Position numbers and translations under genes: made by a program
NCBI GenBank assembly: GCA_002633005.1
Contig: NMRA01000810.1
Span: 71,845 to 135,844 of the forward strand
Length of the DNA: 64,000 bases
Direction: 5' to 3'
DNA from: Phoronis australis
Lineage: Eukaryota > Animalia > Phoronida
Shown here: one piece after another, positions 27,084-39,000 of the stretch
Position numbering within the stretch: position 1 is the stretch's first letter
Layout of the letters: each line of letters starts with the position of its first letter
Notes under the pieces: model-generated
Told to the model about the DNA's origin: nothing
The model's database searches: none
What the model saw: only the letters and a program-made list of their open reading frames with translations

Positions 27084-27518
27084 TGTTTTCGCTCAAATGC
27101 TGCTCGGGTGGAGAGGAGACATATTAACTGGTAGCGAAAATGGCTTCTTAGTTGTGAACATCCTTTCTGTCGGGCTTCAACACAAGCGTTTTCAGTGATG
27201 ACGTATTGTTAACATACACCTGTAGTAAGTAATGTCACGTGATGAGACCCATGACTTAAAAGTTACATGGACATCTATGAGAAGCCAAGTGACAATTTCA
27301 CATGTTCACAGTTGAATCACGTGTGTAAGCGATCGAATCAACTGACTGATCCCGTCACCATAACTGTACAGTATACTGTCCACAACAACTGTACACTTGT
27401 ACACACAACGATGACGAAACAGAATATCTCTTTCCATTCACTTTAAGATTTGACTTATGAAGCTAAGCTTGATGACGTTAATGTAATGCACAATGCCAGT
27501 GCAACTGCAGCACTGAAA

Positions 27519-27664
27519 TTACTCGTTTGCGCACACTTCTTGGGCAACAATGCGACACCCGTTACCATAACACGTGTATGCATCATTTTCCTTTATTCCC
27601 TCACAAGATTCGACGTACATCTGGATTGTAACCTCCCCTGCCGGTAACTTGCAGAAACCATCGA
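27519..27664 (-). CDS. Gene B last coding exon: end of terminal CTHRC1-like domain and stop
   Basis: TTTCAG acceptor, phase 1; IDGFCKLPAGEVTIQMYVESCEGIKENDAYTCYGNGCRIVAQEVCANE*. Confidence 0.8.
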
Positions 27665-28407
27665 CTGAAACAAATGAAGCAAATTGCAAAATCCATCAAG
27701 TGCGCTTTCATACTGAATCATTTTCGGTGGTCAAAGCACAGAAATCAGACCTTTCGCACACCGATGGTTGAAACTGCTCTCCAAACAATTTAGCGAATTC
27801 CATTCCGAATATAGTGACACTGGAACAACGCGGATCTTCTAGAGCAACCCCCCCCCCCTCCCGCACACTATCCATGGGGAAGTGAAGGCATCAAGATTTT
27901 TCCTATGGAACTACGACCAAATTACCAATATANCCCTCCCGCACACTTTCCATGGGGAAGTGAAGGCATCAAGATTTTTCCTATGGAACTACGACCAAAT
28001 TACCAATATATACACACACGGAATTAAAATTATAAAGAAAAGTGACCGTCACTGATGTTACCAGTGGCGGATTTAGACGGAGGCCAAGGTGGCCATGGCC
28101 TCCTTAAGATTTTCCCATACTCCATTCGGCAGTTCAGGAGTGCGAATGCCTGACGGGCAAAATCCTGGCTAATACTGTGTCCTGGCCCCCTTAACTCAAA
28201 ATCCTCAATCCGACCCTGATTAGCGACAATAATACCAAATCGAAAAGGCATTAACTTGATAAATTCGCAATTTTCAGCTTGGCCACCCCCCTGAAGTGAT
28301 CAGTGATAGTTTAAGATGGTTGCGATATATGTTTTGCTTTCTTCTAACACGGATTTGTCATCAAAACTGTACAAGTTTTGTCCATATGACAATAGGCCAA
28401 TACTCAC

Positions 28408-28609
28408 TGATCATCATATGAACACTATCGTCGACTGCCCGTTGTTTGTACATGTACTTGTAAATGCCACCGACTATTGGTCCCGGATCCCGACATCGTT
28501 CACCGTTCACCAGGAATCCCCACGTGGAACACCATCCGCTTTGACGCAGGTTACCTTGATAGTAAACGCGGAGGTAACTGGTTGATGACTGTTTATTGAA
28601 CGTTGCTTC
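28408..28609 (-). CDS. Gene B exon: core of terminal CTHRC1-like domain
   Basis: TTGCAG/GTGAGT sites; 202 nt, phase 0->1; EATFNKQSSTSYLRVYYQGNLRQSGWCSTWGFLVNGERCRDPGPIVG. Confidence 0.85.
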
Positions 28610-29267
28610 CTGCAATAGAAGAGGATTCTGTTAAAAATATATTAGGCAAAATTTTGGATTTCGCTTAGGTCATGTAACGTCGTAAAATATGTCTCGTCTC
28701 GTTCTTTACACAGTTTAACAGTGGTCTCCGTGTTCAGAAGTGACTGGCAGTTATTTCCTTAAAAGAAACTTGCAAAATGTTCTGTCAGGGCGCTATCCGA
28801 GGTTTTATGAAATTGCTGTCAAGAGATAACAGACTGCCAGCTCTTGGAAAGCATTTTTCTAAGGGACAATTGGAGATCAGTTTCGTAGCGGTATAGTGGC
28901 AGATCTAGGATGCCATAAGGGGAGGCAACATGTTGCCTCGGGGAATTGGACAAAGCGCGATCATTGCATGTGCACAGGCGGCCTGGAAATTGCGGGGGCT
29001 GGCGATGTGGTCCTTCTGTTCAGAAAATCTATCGGTGGACTAAATAAAAGAAACGGGGCCACGATTCCGCACCAGTCTGTGGTCTGAGCCACCCCTCATC
29101 CACTACAGGCTCTCATTACTGAACTCAATATTTCCTCAAGCTTGAAGCTGTTGCCGTTTCGTTTTGCTTGCATCGGTACCGGTAGGTACGCGGAATAATG
29201 TCTCGTGGGATATTACTTTATGTACGCCACTCTCGGAAGGTTTTGTGTATATATTGTACGCAAGAAT

Positions 29268-29420
29268 CAGGGGCGGATCCAAGATTTTGAATGGGGAGGC
29301 AGGGCAGAGTATTAGCCAGGATTTTACACGTCAAACATTCGCACCCCCGAACTGCCAAATGTAATCTAGGAGCATTTTAGGGGGAACATGGCCATCTTGA
29401 CCCCCTCTAAATCCGCCACT
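29268..29420 (+). repeat. Short interspersed repeat family (other copies ~28062-28220 on minus, ~44964-45092 on plus)
   Basis: Shared CAGGGGCGGATCCAxGATTTTGA...GGGCAGAGTAT...CCCCTCTAAATCCGCCACT. Confidence 0.7.
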
Positions 29421-29956
29421 CGGAATAAAATGCACCGACAATATGTCAGTGTAATATCTGAGGCAATGAACATGACGTCACAGGAGTCGCTATAAAACTA
29501 GTACCTTTATAATTTTCATGAACAATTGTAATGCTTCATGAAACGGAAAAAACGGAAACTTAATTCTGTTTAAGAAAACAGTGATAACGTTTCTGAGATC
29601 TCCTCTTCAACATTTACATCGAATAAAATTTGAGCACGAGATACTGATACCGGAGATTTTCTGTAGATAAGCCCATGGTAAATGATAAAAATCTTGTCTT
29701 TTAGTAGCACCAAATAAACGCCCGGGGTCTATTCGTAAAAGAGGGATGTGTGAATAAAAATTCATAGTTTTGCTGATTTTAATTGTTTTACTTAAAACTT
29801 TGTTTTTACATTTTATGTTGATAAATGCATAGCACACCTCTCAGGTGATTACGACTGATAACGGAGGTCTGTAGATGACATTTTAAAATGTTCACTTGTA
29901 CTTCCTACCCTGGTGGAAACTTACAATAATTAGATAAAAGAGCATCAACTTCTTAC

Positions 29957-30054
29957 ATATGGTAAAGTTCCGTTATCTGTAGGGTCACCCTTCTCCCAAT
30001 ACCATTACTGAATGTTGAAATCAGTGACGCTGCAGCTGTGTTTCTCGAGAAGGT
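29957..30054 (-). pseudogene. Gene B exon: start of terminal CTHRC1-like domain, with in-frame TAA
   Basis: TTTCAG/GTAAGA sites; 98 nt, phase 1->0; DLLEKHSCSVTDFNIQ*WYWEKGDPTDNGTLPY; stop at 30005-30007 where gene A exon 5 has Q (FNVQQ). Confidence 0.7.
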
Positions 30055-31448
30055 CTGAAATCGGACAGATACGACTGCTTCACAATGCAGTATTATTTAT
30101 AGTACTGGGGCCGCACCGTCTACAAACATGTTTATGCGCGGCTATAATGACATATGTTTTCTAACAACACAGGCCTCTGTCGATCACAGCTTCGTCAAAT
30201 CAGTCTCACAATTTCGGAAATACGCACGTCCCAGTGCACCGTGTTCAAACACAAGAGGTCGAGCTCTATTACGAAAGTATAGTACACGCGAAGCGTGAAC
30301 CGACTGAAGCCCAAGTTGTCTTTAACAGCACATGCACTTGAAATGTGACTGTAAAAATGAAATTTTTTTGGATAATGAAAAATGAAGGAGAAACAGCCGG
30401 TGAGAAAGTATAAAACGAGAAAGAACGCCGTTGGTTGCCTGGAAAGACCATGAGCATCGTGAAAATTGCATCACTCTGGCCTGAACATGAAAGCTACGCT
30501 TGCAAAAGTCATCTTATTTTAGTACACCTTTCGGTAAGGCAAACCGTGATCTTATCCTATAAGAATCCTATAGGATCCTATAGGATCCCACTGAATATTT
30601 TCGTATGGGAGTATACCTTTCGGTAAGGCAAACCGTGATCCACCAATTAATACTGATCCACGGGTGTAGCAAGTGGTCTCTAAACTCCGGTACTACAGGT
30701 GCTAAGGACACCATTCATATAAAGACTAATCAATTGGAAAGGTAGCTTCGACCAGAAATATGAGTAACACAGGTTACTATAAGCATGTGTGCGATGCGCA
30801 TTCATGGAACAGATTCGCAAGCAAAGCCGCCGTTTCGAGACATGAACAAACCGTTCTCACAGCTAAAACCGAGGGCTATTAGACAGCTTTTCGATGGCGA
30901 GCCCCGATCTTGTCATTGTTTTATCTCAATGCAGCACATTTTAATTGTAAAGGCAACATTTACGGACAATCTTCAGCTGCCGCTGTTGTTTCTCCGATCT
31001 TACTCATCGAAACCAACGCGTACTGTATTTATGGAGTCGTTTTTAGGAACACACTATTGTTCTGACTCGTAAGCAATATTATTGGTCTTGGAAGTAAAGG
31101 GAATCTGCATACATCGTTTTGAATACAATTGGAATTTGGTTCACGTGAAAAGATCCTGTTATTCCTGGATCACTTCGCATTAGCATGTCCAAGTCGTATT
31201 ACATTGTTTCTACGCTCCTTTGCCGGCTCTTGAATCGAAAGCAGACGATCTTCAATTAGATTAACTAGATTTGTACCTCAGCAATTTTTTTTAAAAAACC
31301 ATTAAGTTTGCCCATCTAGGAGAAAAATCCAGTCTTCAAACTATTACGTTGCAAGATAACTTTCGATTTCAGCTTTGACCGATTTCGGTCTTAACTTTGG
31401 TCATTAAAAAATTTCAAGAATCTGGGCTCAGACATTTGGGTCTTTTAA

Positions 31449-31496
31449 GATCAAAATCTGACGAAGTACTTAAAAGTACTTCGTCAGATTTTGATC
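31449..31496. repeat. Perfect inverted repeat, 23-bp arms, 2-nt spacer
   Basis: GATCAAAATCTGACGAAGTACTT-AA-AAGTACTTCGTCAGATTTTGATC. Confidence 0.95.
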
Positions 31497-32009
31497 CAAG
31501 TTAAGGCAGAAACAGTTTCACAAAACGACCGCTAGGTGTTATTTGGCTTTTTGATAAGCAGACTGAAGACATTGTCGTTTAACTTCTGTTTCATGGGTCT
31601 TTCTGTTGGTCAAACCTTATTTACTGTCACGTATTAATTCGGATGTTATCCCACTAGACTTACATGTATGAAGTTCTGTTCACATGTGAGGCTCTGCTGC
31701 TCTAGACGAGCTATAGCGAGCTCTGCAGCATTTCCAGTGTTCAGAAAATCTGGTTTCCAGTGGTCGTAATGGTTGACCGATGTAGGATTCGCTACATTGA
31801 CTCAGAATTTGATAAACGATGTTCTTCTGTCATTGTTTTGACCTTGGTCAGGCGTCGACCACGATATACATGTAAAGACAGCGACGTAGCATACATGTAC
31901 ATCGGTGAATCAGATTGCACCCTCATAGCACACGCCGCCTCCTTGCTTCTGAATTCACGTGTGGTCAAATACACAAAGGAGTTGGTCAGCAACCCTTGAC
32001 CATTTTTAA

Positions 32010-32920
32010 AATGTGCAAATTAAGGCCGCCATTATCCAAAATTCTATTTTTGCTTATAATTTCTTTACCAAGCACTACAGGCAGGTTATTTTGATGCTTT
32101 CACCTATGTTTCCATGGTCAACAAATTTAACAGTCAAAGTTTTTGGGTAGATACATTGTCAATTTGCATAGTTTAAGCAGATTCAGGCAGGCATTATTCA
32201 AAATTTGACTTGTTCTAATATCTATGGTACCAATCATCACAGGTGAATTTTCATGATATTTGCACCTATGTTTCTATGGTCAATTAGTTTCATGAACTCA
32301 ATTTACATGTTGTTGCATGATAAATTTGCATAATTAACACAAATCAAGGCCACCATTTTTCAAAATTATATTTTGCTTAAAACGCCCATACCAAGCACTT
32401 CACACAGGTTACTTTAATGTTTTCACCTATGCTTCCATGGTCAGTGAATTTAATGGACCATGTTTGCGGGTGGATAAATCGTGAATTTGCATAACACATG
32501 CAAATTAAGGCCGCCATTATTCAAAATTCGACTTTTGCTTATAACTGAAGTGCCAGGCACCCCAAGTCATTTATTTTAACGCCTTTACCAAAGTTTCTGT
32601 GAAATCAGTTTGCAAGCTGTTGCATGATGAATTTTCATACTATAAACAAATAAAGGACATCAGCATTCCAAATAATGTTTCTGCTCATAATTTCCTTACG
32701 TACATGTAGATTATTTTCGAATTGATCTTATGTTTTTATGGTCATAATGAATTTGCATAATTGGCAATTTTCACAAATTACAGCTGCCATATTCAAAATT
32801 GTACTAGTGCTTACAACTGTTGCATCAGACACCAGAGGTAGTTATAAATACTTGCACCCATGTTTCAGTGGTCAATGAATTTAATGAAATCTGTTTGCAG
32901 GTTGTAGCATGATAAATTTA
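32010..32920. repeat. Diverged tandem repeat, ~155-bp unit, about 6 copies
   Basis: Recurring GCAAATTAAGGCCGCCATTATTCAAAATT...CACCTATGTTTCCATGGTCAA...AATTTGCATA. Confidence 0.8.
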
Positions 32921-34295
32921 CAAAGTCTCCTAGTTTTTTAATGATGAGGTATGAAAGCATTTTCTGTAGTGAGTGTTCTGCAGTTTGATAACTTAAATTC
33001 CAAAAAATATTGCCTATTGCCCTGCACTCCTACAGACCATAGAAAAGACGAAGAGTAGTTTAATGACATGGGTGAATGTTGGAATGGGGCTCGGACCGAT
33101 CAGTTTGTTGGGACAACATTCATGAGGTACGAATACAGTAGTGAGGTAATAGTAAGGAATTGCCCTCAAAGAAGAGGCTCTTAAGCTTTGGGCACAAGTT
33201 GCCATTTGTCCTACAAGATTGGAACAGATCTTGGAAAGATCTTGTACTAAAAACCTATCACACGGAATGCACGTACCCAGGATATTGCACGAATCTGTCA
33301 AAAGTATGTAGATACCAGCATCGATCTATTGGATCCCATGTCCATCCCAAAGACGCAGTGGTAAACATTAGCCGTGACAGGATTGCTACTCTAACAGTTA
33401 ACGTACGTGAAACAATAAGCATTTGGGCAGGCAATGTTATCAGACTTCAAGAAAGGCTGGCAGTAGGTTGGGAACACAGGTAGATAATCGCTGATGAAGA
33501 TCCTTGTCCCTTAATATACATGTACATGTAGTACAGGCATATTGGAGACATCACACGAGGAAGCTACATGTAGCTCCTTATTGCGCAACAGGACGTGAAA
33601 TGTGTATATGAACTTAACAGATTTTAGGTTGTTTCGGATGACAAAAATGTATTAGTCCTTCCTGTGCATTACTAAGACAAGCCACAGCTTCAAATACCAC
33701 AACCATGAAATCTTCTGGTAAGCGTAGAACAGTCGTATACATAAAGTGAACGCAGGAAACATGTAACGATATTGTCATCAGCGTAGCAGTGCATCGATAC
33801 CGTAAGCTATTGTGTCAAAACTACGTCCCGCTATACTGTCACTTACTGTCCGTAAGCGCTATGCAGATGTAAAAAAATGGTTGGCTGGGCCTACACCCCA
33901 CTGACATAACGTAACTTACAGTCTGCACTACGTAGGCGTTACGTTTAAACGCCAAAAGGTGGTTGGTTGCGCCTACGTGCACATGCGTCCCACAACAGCA
34001 CTGTTCTTCTGGCTGCGAAGGATTTAAAGTGCTAAACAATGAACCCAACTGGAGCAGATGCGATGAGACAGCATCTATACAGATGGCCATGCATTACCCA
34101 AAAGGGGCTTGCAAATTTCTAGCTTCCAATAAATCTGCCTACAACTGCTGCTCCCCTACATGTACATCCTAGCAAACGGTTCGGAAGCGCGCTGTCATCG
34201 AAATGCTCTCAAAACAATCCTTCGATCTAAGCTGTGAGTATCAGGTTTAAGTCTTGTTCTTGCATCTGAAACAAAGAGACACATAGAGAACATAC

Positions 34296-34445
34296 CCACT
34301 GCGTAAGGAACTCCCATTCTTACTTCCTCGACAATAAATCTGCTTAAAGTGTGCTCTGTTGTAACACCTTCTAAGGAGCCGCTCGTTTTCACGTGCAGTG
34401 AGACGGTTAGTTTACCGGAAGGTAGACCTCTGCAGATGCCGTCGA
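34296..34445 (-). CDS. Gene B exon: end of a CTHRC1-like domain
   Basis: TTTTATTCTTTTAG acceptor, GTATGT donor; 150 nt, phase 1->1; xDGICRGLPSGKLTVSLHV...SRFIVEEV. Confidence 0.8.
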
Positions 34446-34880
34446 CTAAAAGAATAAAATAAAACAACGTCAGCAGTTACCGGGAATTTCCGTAGATAAG
34501 TCCACCTGATGAAATGCCCTTGGAGCTTTACTTGGAAAATTATGCCGAATAAAGGCCCATGGCGTTTGTTTGGAGTTACAACTTCTGGAGTCAAACGTCA
34601 AGATAGTGGGGCGTTTATTAGGAAGTTTCCTCTTAAAGTGGTAGGTTGAAAGCTATTTAGTTGCAGTTAATATTTGTACACATGTGTTGACTGCTAATAA
34701 AATTTGCTTGTGAACCACATTTATTTTTATTTCATCCAGCATGTTCGTCTATAATTCGTTTAAAATACACTCCCCTCCCACTTCCACACAAAACTTGGAG
34801 AACACAAAATGTTCAACTTCGGCTGTTTTCGGAAAAACGTCACGAAAGGGAGGTGACCCGATCATTGCTGGGTCTGTCTA

Positions 34881-37800
34881 CCCGGGTGAGAATTTGACAC
34901 GTTTGACACGCTCTAAAAACGTGGAGTATTGGAACGCTCTAAAAGCGTGTTAAACGTGTAAAACGTGGCGTGTTAAACGTGTAAATTGTAGCGTGTCAAA
35001 CGTGTCAAGAACATGTCAAAAACGTGTAATTTTCGTTCCAATACTCTACTTTTGACACGTTAGCGTGTCGAACGTGGCGCTTTTGACACGCTAGCGTGTT
35101 GAACGTGGCGCTTTTGCCACGCTAGCCTGTAATCTGTCATTGCCATGGTGCGACCCCACATTTAGCCTGAGGCCGTGTACAAGCCATAATTTTGCTCCAC
35201 CATCCACCATGGGACTCCATAGACCCTATTCACGCCGATAGGAGGCGCATTCCAAAACGAGGCTCGCTACGATAGCTCTGTTAGCTTATCGGCGTAGTTC
35301 TGTGTTTCAGACCGTGTTGTTGCGTGAACGGCTAGAAAAAATACGGACACGCAACTGTCTGCTTCACAATCTCTAAAGTTGGACGTTGAGATTCGGAGGC
35401 GTTGGGTCGTTGCCGCGACGAAGCAAAATATGTCCGTGTAAAATTTATAAATGTTTTCGAAAAGTTAGATCATACATTGTATTTTGTGGCATGTCGGTCA
35501 GTTGTTAAGCCTGTAACGACTGGAGAATGGGCCAGCCAGGCTGTGTTTTCATGACAACGGATTTAGGAGAGGTCCTAAAATTACATTGTATATCAGATCC
35601 CATTTTTTAGTTCGGTTGCAAATTGCTGACTAGCACACGTGCGCAACCAGGGCGGGTCTTGGGGGGCGAATAGACAACGCATAGGCGCTGAATGAACCCC
35701 GCCCGTTTTTTTTTTTAGTCAACAGGTCCGCAAACCCAAGAATTCAAGACCCCTGCATCCCCAGAGTTTAGGCTGGGCGCGCGCATCTGCCGAAATGCTG
35801 CTTATTCCTGAGTCCTGCCCCCCTAACTGAAAAACCTGGATCCGCCCCTGCTACGGGTTGAAACATTATAATTTTTCTTTCCAAAAAGGACTGGGCCCTA
35901 AATCCCTCAAATTTGGGGCCCAATATCGGCCCTATTCCCCTCTCAAACACATTGAAATATCACGCGAAATTCCCCCCACGAGGCATAAAAATTCCCCAAG
36001 TGAAAAATCTCTCTGAGTTCACATCACCTGTAACCACACAGGTGACAATTTGTAAGAGCACAAAAGGCTACTTTAAATTGAGGCAGAGCCTATGAGAGCA
36101 GGGGGTGCTATTGATGGTGATCGGGAGGTAGAATGTTCCCGCCCTCACTCGGCAAAAAAATCGCCTCTCAGTAGGCACTGGCACCGTTCCCCTCGGATGA
36201 AAGAGGCTTCTGCAGAAACATGATAACTACAGTATGATTACATTGTCCAGTTAACTGAAATTGAGTTCTAAAACGATGTTATGTTTTGGACGAACGAATT
36301 AGGTGTTTTAATTTTAAAATTCAACTTGGTGCAGATTGATATTTGAAATCTAACACATGAAATAGACGTAAGAATTATTACAACCAAGAAAGCATTGATG
36401 GTCAAATAACTTTTATTTTCAATTACGAGCCTGGTTTTTTATTTCAATAAAAATATATTTGATAACATCAATTATTCTTTCAGACCAGTGACAAATCAAC
36501 TGTTAGTCCCAGTGAGTGCATAGGATCAGGCTATGCTTGATGTTAATATTCTTGATCAACAAATTAAACCAGATGTGACTAATTGCACATGAGAGATACC
36601 GCTGTCGAATATGTCTTCAACTCGTCAACAATACGAGCAGATGACCTGGTCCGCGTAGAAAGTATTTTGATCAACAATTTACAAGAAAAAACGTAACCTT
36701 GCATTCAGCATATTACCTAATCCGTAACACTACGATCGCCGCAATTTGGTCACATTTACTTTTCATGTTTGAAACCTAGTTTTCCGAAAAAAATTAAACC
36801 CTTTCGTCAGACAACTCTTTGGCGCCTTAAGTTGTTCTCTAATGTAATTTTCTACTTCTCTGTGGTTAATTGTCGAAACATCATTAAAATTTAATATCCA
36901 GGTTGGACTCGAAAGACCGGCTATTTAACTCACGCAATGTCTACTTTCGCTTTGTTTATCGCAGTGAGCCTCGCTTTGGATCTTAATGGCCGCCGCGTGA
37001 ATAGGGTCTATACTAAAAGCAAATGTATAAAGGGATTTCTTCCTTAAGTCACTGTTTATTGTAACATTCAAATAATCCAAAATGTGATACTGATATAGAA
37101 TCTCTAAGATAATGTAACTATCCAATTCTTACCACATACAGTTGTCACTAAATTTCATTACATCTAGAATAACATTAACACAGAAATAAGAAAATGGTTC
37201 AACATACAAGTTCGACGTGCTTAAGCTGCTATGTACATGTATATAAGTTAGCTTTTGAGTCATGACAAATGCTTGAATACAGTTTATGAAGTAAAGAACA
37301 GACGCACTTTGTAACATTTTTGAATTACCACGATTCAACATTTGGCACAACATCGAGTTCTTGTTGATTTTGCAGCCCAAACCTCTGCAAACAATGTTTT
37401 ATCCTCATTCAAGCTGACACTAAATGTGAGTTGATCCTATAACAACAATTATGAATTGATATACTACTGAAGATGATAGGCGTTCCAACTTCATATATTA
37501 CCTGCACAGTCAACAGTTTCTACTGACTCTTTTACAGTCAAACGTACCCTTAAAAGGAAGACCATTTGCAAGAAAAAATATCAAAACACTGTCAACCAGA
37601 GTTAATACATACCGAACTTCTGTTAGAGCTGCACCACACTCTGAAACCATACTTCATAAGTGCTCTCCTGACACAACTGCACTACCTGACACCTAAACCA
37701 ACTCTAACTCAGTATGTGGATATTCGAAAAGGCAGTGAAATCTTTTGTTGCAAATTTTTTGATGTTATTAACGGAACATGTTTAGTCATTCAAATTGGGT

Positions 37801-38194
37801 GATTACCTTCCAGTGGTCTTTTAAGAACTGCCAAGCCTATTTAAATTGTATCTTTATTGAAGAGTTCTATCATATTTTACATGTTTGACAGGCTAGCGTG
37901 TAAAATTTTACACGTTTGACACAATAGCGTGTCACATTTTACACGTTTGATATGCTAGCGTTTCAAATTTTACACGTTTGAAACGCTAACGTGGCAAATT
38001 TTACACGTTGGACACGCAAGCGTGTCACATTTTACACGTTTGACACGCTATTGTGGCACATTATTACACGTTTGACATGTGTCATGTTTTTACACGTTTT
38101 ACACGTTAGCGTGGCAATTTTGACACGTATTACATGTTTTTTACACGTTTGACACGCTCAAAAGCGTGTCAAACGTGTAAAATTCTCACCCGGG
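34881..38194. mobile_element. 3.3 kb TIR element with subterminal tandem repeats (CMC/EnSpm-like organisation)
   Basis: Termini CCCGGGTGAGAATTTxACACGTTTGACACGCT are inverted; arrays of ACACGTTTGACACGCTAGCGTG-type units at 34895-35125 and 37875-38180. Confidence 0.75.
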
Positions 38195-38283
38195 CATAGC
38201 GTCCACTGCTGTGTGCCAAGAGGAGTACTTTTTCGAATTTAGACGGATTTTTAGATTAAACTGGAGTAGCTATTTGAAGAAGA

Positions 38284-38517
38284 ATGCCGGACTGTTGTGT
38301 AGTCAGAGGCTGTGACAATAATGATACACACCACGGGCACAAGTATCCCACTGATCCAAGACTGCGTCGCAAGTGGGAAGACTTTGTGAAGTCCACGAGT
38401 GGAGCATCGCCGAATTCGGTAGTACATGTATGTAGCGAACATATTTCTACGGGCTGCTTAAAGGACGACTGCCTGCGATTCGAGTATATACATGTAGTTG
38501 TAAACCAGTTTGAGTAA
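38284..38517 (+). mobile_element. THAP zinc-finger ORF, probably transposon-derived
   Basis: MPDCCVVRGCDN...HKYPTDPRLRRKWEDFVK...HVCSEH carries the C2CH THAP signature with conserved P and W; no downstream transposase seen. Confidence 0.7.
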
Positions 38518-39000
38518 ATCGGTACATGCTGTCGCTTTACGGAAGCTAGTGGGCCTTCGGCTAGTTGTATCTAACCTAACATTCAAAATGGCGGATAGAA
38601 TCGACGGACACTGTCGGACAGGATTACTACTTGACGTAGCCAGTAAATTGCTTTTCTTTTGATTTACAATTTTTCAACATAAGTGTTCGTAGGTGGATGT
38701 GCTGAATAGCTTTATGCTCGTTACCTGTCGTTGCAATCCATTGAATTTTAGCCTAGTCGATCGCTAGCTGAGCTGAATGAACAGTCAAAGGCTGTCGCAC
38801 CAATTTATTTTTCGATTATGCAAAAATTCTTCAATATAATCGGGAAAATAATGTATTTCGCTGAATAAAAGTTGAAAATTATCAAAATGGCTCCAAAGCG
38901 TCATAATGACGTCAAAATGACTAAACGTTCCTATGGCCATTGATACTTTTGAATACTTTTTATGCCATGCGTAAGCTGAACTTTGAGACGGGAGAGTTAA

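Noticed and set aside
27856-28011. ~77-bp direct repeat around a single N
   Set aside because: Typical unmerged contig overlap.
37870-38194. Regular ~30-bp repeats resembling a CRISPR array
   Set aside because: No unique spacers, no cas genes, eukaryotic context; these are transposon subterminal repeats.
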